This document shows, piece by piece, positions 29,310 to 32,000 of a stretch of DNA of 32,000 nt. How positions within the stretch are numbered: the stretch's first letter is position 1; every line of letters begins with the position of its first letter. The stretch lies in contig JAQVDW010000015.1 of assembly GCA_028698185.1 (NCBI GenBank), forward strand, positions 1 to 32,000, given 5' to 3'. The notes below the pieces were generated by a model. The model searched no databases, was not told where the DNA came from, and was given only the letters and a program-made list of their open reading frames with translations. The position numbers were made by a program, and so were the translations under genes. The stretch is from Erysipelotrichaceae bacterium (lineage in GTDB: Bacteria > Bacillota_I > Bacilli_A > Erysipelotrichales > Coprobacillaceae).

Positions 29310-30320
29310 ATGGCTACTTTTGTAAATGACTACTCAACCGGTTGCCATCCGCGGATAATGCAGGCGCTGATGGACACCAATGAACTGGAAACTCCAGGCT
29401 ATGGCCTTGACCTCTATTGCCAGAAGGCGGCCGAAAAGCTAAAAATCCTGATGGGAAACGATAACGCCGATGTCCATTTCCTGGCAGGCGGGACACAGAC
29501 AAACGCGACATTCATCAAGGGTGCCCTGAGGGTCCACCAAGGCGTGATCGCCTGTGACAGCGCGCATATCGCCGTTCACGAAGCGGGGGCTATTGAAGCC
29601 ACCGGACATAAGGTGATAACCGTCAAAAATAAGCAGGGGAAATTGACTTGCGGACTTATTGACCAGGTGCTTAAATCCCATCTTGATGAACATATGGTCC
29701 AACCCAAGATGGTTTACATTTCCCAGACAACCGAGTATGGAACTTTCTACAGCGATGAGGAAATAAAAGAGCTCTACAATTACTGCCAGAGCCGGGGTCT
29801 ACTTTTCTATATAGATGGGGCCCGACTGGTCAGTGCCTTGGCCATCAATGGAGCGGCCAGCCTTCAAACCATCGCTTCCAATTGTGACGCCTTCTATTTT
29901 GGCGGGACCAAAGCGGGACTGCTTTTCGGGGAATGCCTGGTGATCATTAACAGGCAGCTCCAGGATGATTTCCGCTATGTCATCAAACAAAGCGGAGCAA
30001 TGATGGCAAAAGGCCGGATTCTCGGGGTCCAGTTTCTCGAACTGTTCTCCAATGAATTATACCTTTCAATCGGCCGGCATGAAAATGCGATGGCCAACAT
30101 GATCAAGGATGCGTTGGTTCGAAAAGGGTATGAACAGTATCTTGAGACCTTCTCCAACCAGCTGTTTTTCAAGATGAGCCAAGCTGAGTTCGATTACATC
30201 AATGAGGAATTCGAAATATTGTGCTTTGAAAAGCATGACGATCAGATCGTGGCGAGGATAGTGACTTCCTATGCGACGACTTTCGACATTGTCAATCGCT
30301 TTATAAAATATGTCAATTAG
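29310..30320 (+). CDS. Threonine aldolase family PLP-dependent enzyme (Beta_elim_lyase fold)
   Basis: 336 aa. GGTQTN motif and FGGTKAG (putative PLP lysine). Starts 2 nt after the RpiR stop. Confidence 0.78.
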   Translation: MATFVNDYSTGCHPRIMQALMDTNELETPGYGLDLYCQKAAEKLKILMGNDNADVHFLAGGTQTNATFIKGALRVHQGVIACDSAHIAVHEAGAIEATGHKVITVKNKQGKLTCGLIDQVLKSHLDEHMVQPKMVYISQTTEYGTFYSDEEIKELYNYCQSRGLLFYIDGARLVSALAINGAASLQTIASNCDAFYFGGTKAGLLFGECLVIINRQLQDDFRYVIKQSGAMMAKGRILGVQFLELFSNELYLSIGRHENAMANMIKDALVRKGYEQYLETFSNQLFFKMSQAEFDYINEEFEILCFEKHDDQIVARIVTSYATTFDIVNRFIKYVN

Positions 30321-30363
30321 TGAATAATCTCTCTTTGAACACCGGGGATGATTACTTAATATA

Positions 30364-30392
30364 TTGCAAAGTATACTGATAAGATATATAAT
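30364..30392 (+). promoter_or_regulatory. Candidate sigma-A promoter of the HU gene
   Basis: TTGCAA (30364..30369), 17 nt spacer, TATAAT (30387..30392). Confidence 0.6.
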
Positions 30393-30427
30393 GTAGTGGT
30401 AAACTTATTATGAAATGGAGATAAAAA

Positions 30428-30703
30428 ATGAACAAAACTGAATTAATTGGAGCAATCGCTGCTGCAACGGATTTACCAAAAACAGAAGTTGAAAAAATGT
30501 TGAATGCTTTCGTAAGTGTTGTATCTGATGAATTAGTTGCCGGCAACAAAGTTGCAATCAAAGGATTCGGAACATTTGAAGTTCGCGAAAGAGCTGCACG
30601 CCAAGGACACAACCCAAGAACCAAGGAAGTCATCCAAATCGCTGCAAGCAAAGCTCCTGGATTTAAAGCAAGTTCTACATTCAAGGATGCCTTAAACAAA
30701 TAA
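30428..30703 (+). CDS. hup: DNA-binding protein HU
   Basis: 91 aa, MNKTELI...GFGTFEVRERAARQGHNPRTKE is canonical HU/IHF-fold sequence. Confidence 0.95.
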   Translation: MNKTELIGAIAAATDLPKTEVEKMLNAFVSVVSDELVAGNKVAIKGFGTFEVRERAARQGHNPRTKEVIQIAASKAPGFKASSTFKDALNK

Positions 30704-30712
30704 GATAATGAT

Positions 30713-30738
30713 TAGCTAGCACTGCTAGCTATTTTTTT
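30713..30738 (+). terminator. Rho-independent terminator of hup
   Basis: TAGCTAGC-act-GCTAGCTA followed by TTTTTTT. Confidence 0.8.
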
Positions 30739-30762
30739 ATTTGCGGCTTTTTATTTGGATGC

Positions 30763-30787
30763 AAAAAAAGCAGGATTATTACCTGCT
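30763..30787 (-). terminator. Rho-independent terminator of pduL
   Basis: Minus strand AGCAGG-taataat-CCTGCT followed by TTTTTTT, 9 nt after the pduL stop. Confidence 0.72.
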
Positions 30788-30795
30788 TAGAGATA

Positions 30796-31371
30796 TTATT
30801 TGATAATAGTTCCTTGCGAAGTCAGCACCCCACCGGCTGCATTGCATTCGTCAGTATCGATATGCATGAATGTCGCAAATTTGTCGCTTACGCGGATCAC
30901 CACATCACCGAAAATGATGGCGCGTCCTTCGTTGTTGATTTCAACTTTAACCGTTTGTTTGTCGGCAACCCCGAATGTGGCCGCATCTTCAGGAGTCATG
31001 TGGACATGACGTTTTGCAGCGATGACACCTTCAGAGATTTCGATTTCACCTTTTGGTCCTACCAGTTTGCATCCTGGAGTACCGGCGATATCTCCTGACT
31101 CTCTGATTGGAGCGATGATTCCGATGCCACGGGCGTCAGTCAGTGACAATTCAACTTGGGTGCTATTGCGGGTAGGTCCTAAGATGATGACATTTTCAAG
31201 CTGGCGTTTAGGTCCTACAACGGTAACTCGTTCCTCACAGGCATATTGACCTGGTTGACTCAAAGCCTTTTTCTCGCATAATTGGTAACCTTCACCAAAC
31301 AATTTTTCCAAATCGGCCTGGCTTAAATGCACGTGGCGGGCCGATGTTTCAACAGTAATCTTTTTATCCAT
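30796..31371 (-). CDS. pduL: Phosphate propanoyltransferase / phosphotransacylase, PduL family
   Basis: 191 aa with the two PduL repeat signatures SARHVHLSQADLEKLFG and AKRHVHMTPEDAATFG. Confidence 0.87.
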   Translation of the reverse strand: MDKKITVETSARHVHLSQADLEKLFGEGYQLCEKKALSQPGQYACEERVTVVGPKRQLENVIILGPTRNSTQVELSLTDARGIGIIAPIRESGDIAGTPGCKLVGPKGEIEISEGVIAAKRHVHMTPEDAATFGVADKQTVKVEINNEGRAIIFGDVVIRVSDKFATFMHIDTDECNAAGGVLTSQGTIIK

Positions 31372-31601
31372 GATAATCTCCTTTTCATCAACTATAATAC
31401 TCTTTTTTTATTGGATTTTCAACTTTTTTGAAACTTAGGAAATTATTTGCGTAAAATCAAAGCAAGATTGTATGCAAATTACATGTAATATACAAATAAA
31501 ATGTAGTTTTTTTTGAAATATTCTAAATAGTGTATTATTTCTTTACAATTATCATTAAATATAGTAAACTGTTCGTACCTAATTAAGAGGAGGTTTATCA
31601 A

Positions 31602-32000
31602 ATGGAAAATTCTTTATACGATCCCAGCTTTGAACATGACAATTGCGGGATAGGCGCAGTCGTAAATATCAAAGGTGTTAAGACTCATAAGACAGTCAGC
31701 GACGCCTTGACAATCGTTGAACAATTAGAGCATCGTGCCGGAAAAGATGCCGATGGCAAAACTGGTGATGGAGTCGGAATTTTAACCCAGATCCCCCATG
31801 AATATTTTGCCAACCTGGACTTGGGTTTCAAGTTGCCTGATGAAGGTGAATATGGTGTGGCAATGTTATTTTTACCTCAAGAAAGTCTGATCCGCAACCG
31901 CGTAATCAAACATTTCGAGATGGTTGTAGAAAATGAAAAATTGGAAATTTTAGGTTGGCGTGACGCCCCAACGGCACCTAAAGTTCTAGGTCGGAAAGCT
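31602..32000 (+). CDS. gltB: Glutamate synthase large subunit, N-terminal part (continues beyond the window)
   Basis: Hand translation from the ATG at 31602 gives MENSLYDPSFEHDNCGIGAVVNIKGVKTHK...EHRAGKDADGKTGDGVGIL. This matches the Ntn-type glutamine amidotransferase N-terminus of GltB (GltA in B. subtilis). GAGGAGG lies 8 nt upstream. The ORF is open to the window end. Confidence 0.85.
   Translation, partial: MENSLYDPSFEHDNCGIGAVVNIKGVKTHKTVSDALTIVEQLEHRAGKDADGKTGDGVGILTQIPHEYFANLDLGFKLPDEGEYGVAMLFLPQESLIRNRVIKHFEMVVENEKLEILGWRDAPTAPKVLGRKA

Overview
This window is mostly core housekeeping DNA from a Bacillota-type (Firmicutes) genome. It opens with the 3' end of a 5S rRNA and its terminator. 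Next come a Crp/Fnr regulator, a ferredoxin plus membrane Fe-S protein pair, and a Cof-type HAD hydrolase. A three-gene ABC importer on the minus strand has a leader I can fold by eye into a complete tryptophan-specific T-box riboswitch. From about 5.99 to 20.54 kb lies one uninterrupted S10-spc-alpha ribosomal protein cluster of 32 genes, rpsJ to rplQ, including secY, adk, map, infA, rpmJ and rpoA. It has one near-consensus promoter and one strong terminator. Then come ecfA1-ecfA2-ecfT-truA plus an overlapping PHP phosphatase. After that is an orphan 398-aa protein translationally coupled to a membrane-anchored alpha/beta-hydrolase-fold protein whose nucleophile serine is replaced by glutamate. 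The window ends with a GH1 6-phospho-beta-glucosidase, an RpiR regulator plus a threonine-aldolase-family PLP enzyme, HU, a stand-alone PduL phosphotransacylase and the 5' end of glutamate synthase. I see no CRISPR array, transposase, integrase, phage genes or recognisable defence or toxin genes. The only candidates for something undescribed are the orphan/pseudo-hydrolase pair (24.76-26.85 kb) and an unexplained ~230-bp spacer with a tandem 22-nt repeat and palindrome (5.76-5.99 kb). Both are modest. All calls rest on reading the translations and sequence by eye, with no searches run.
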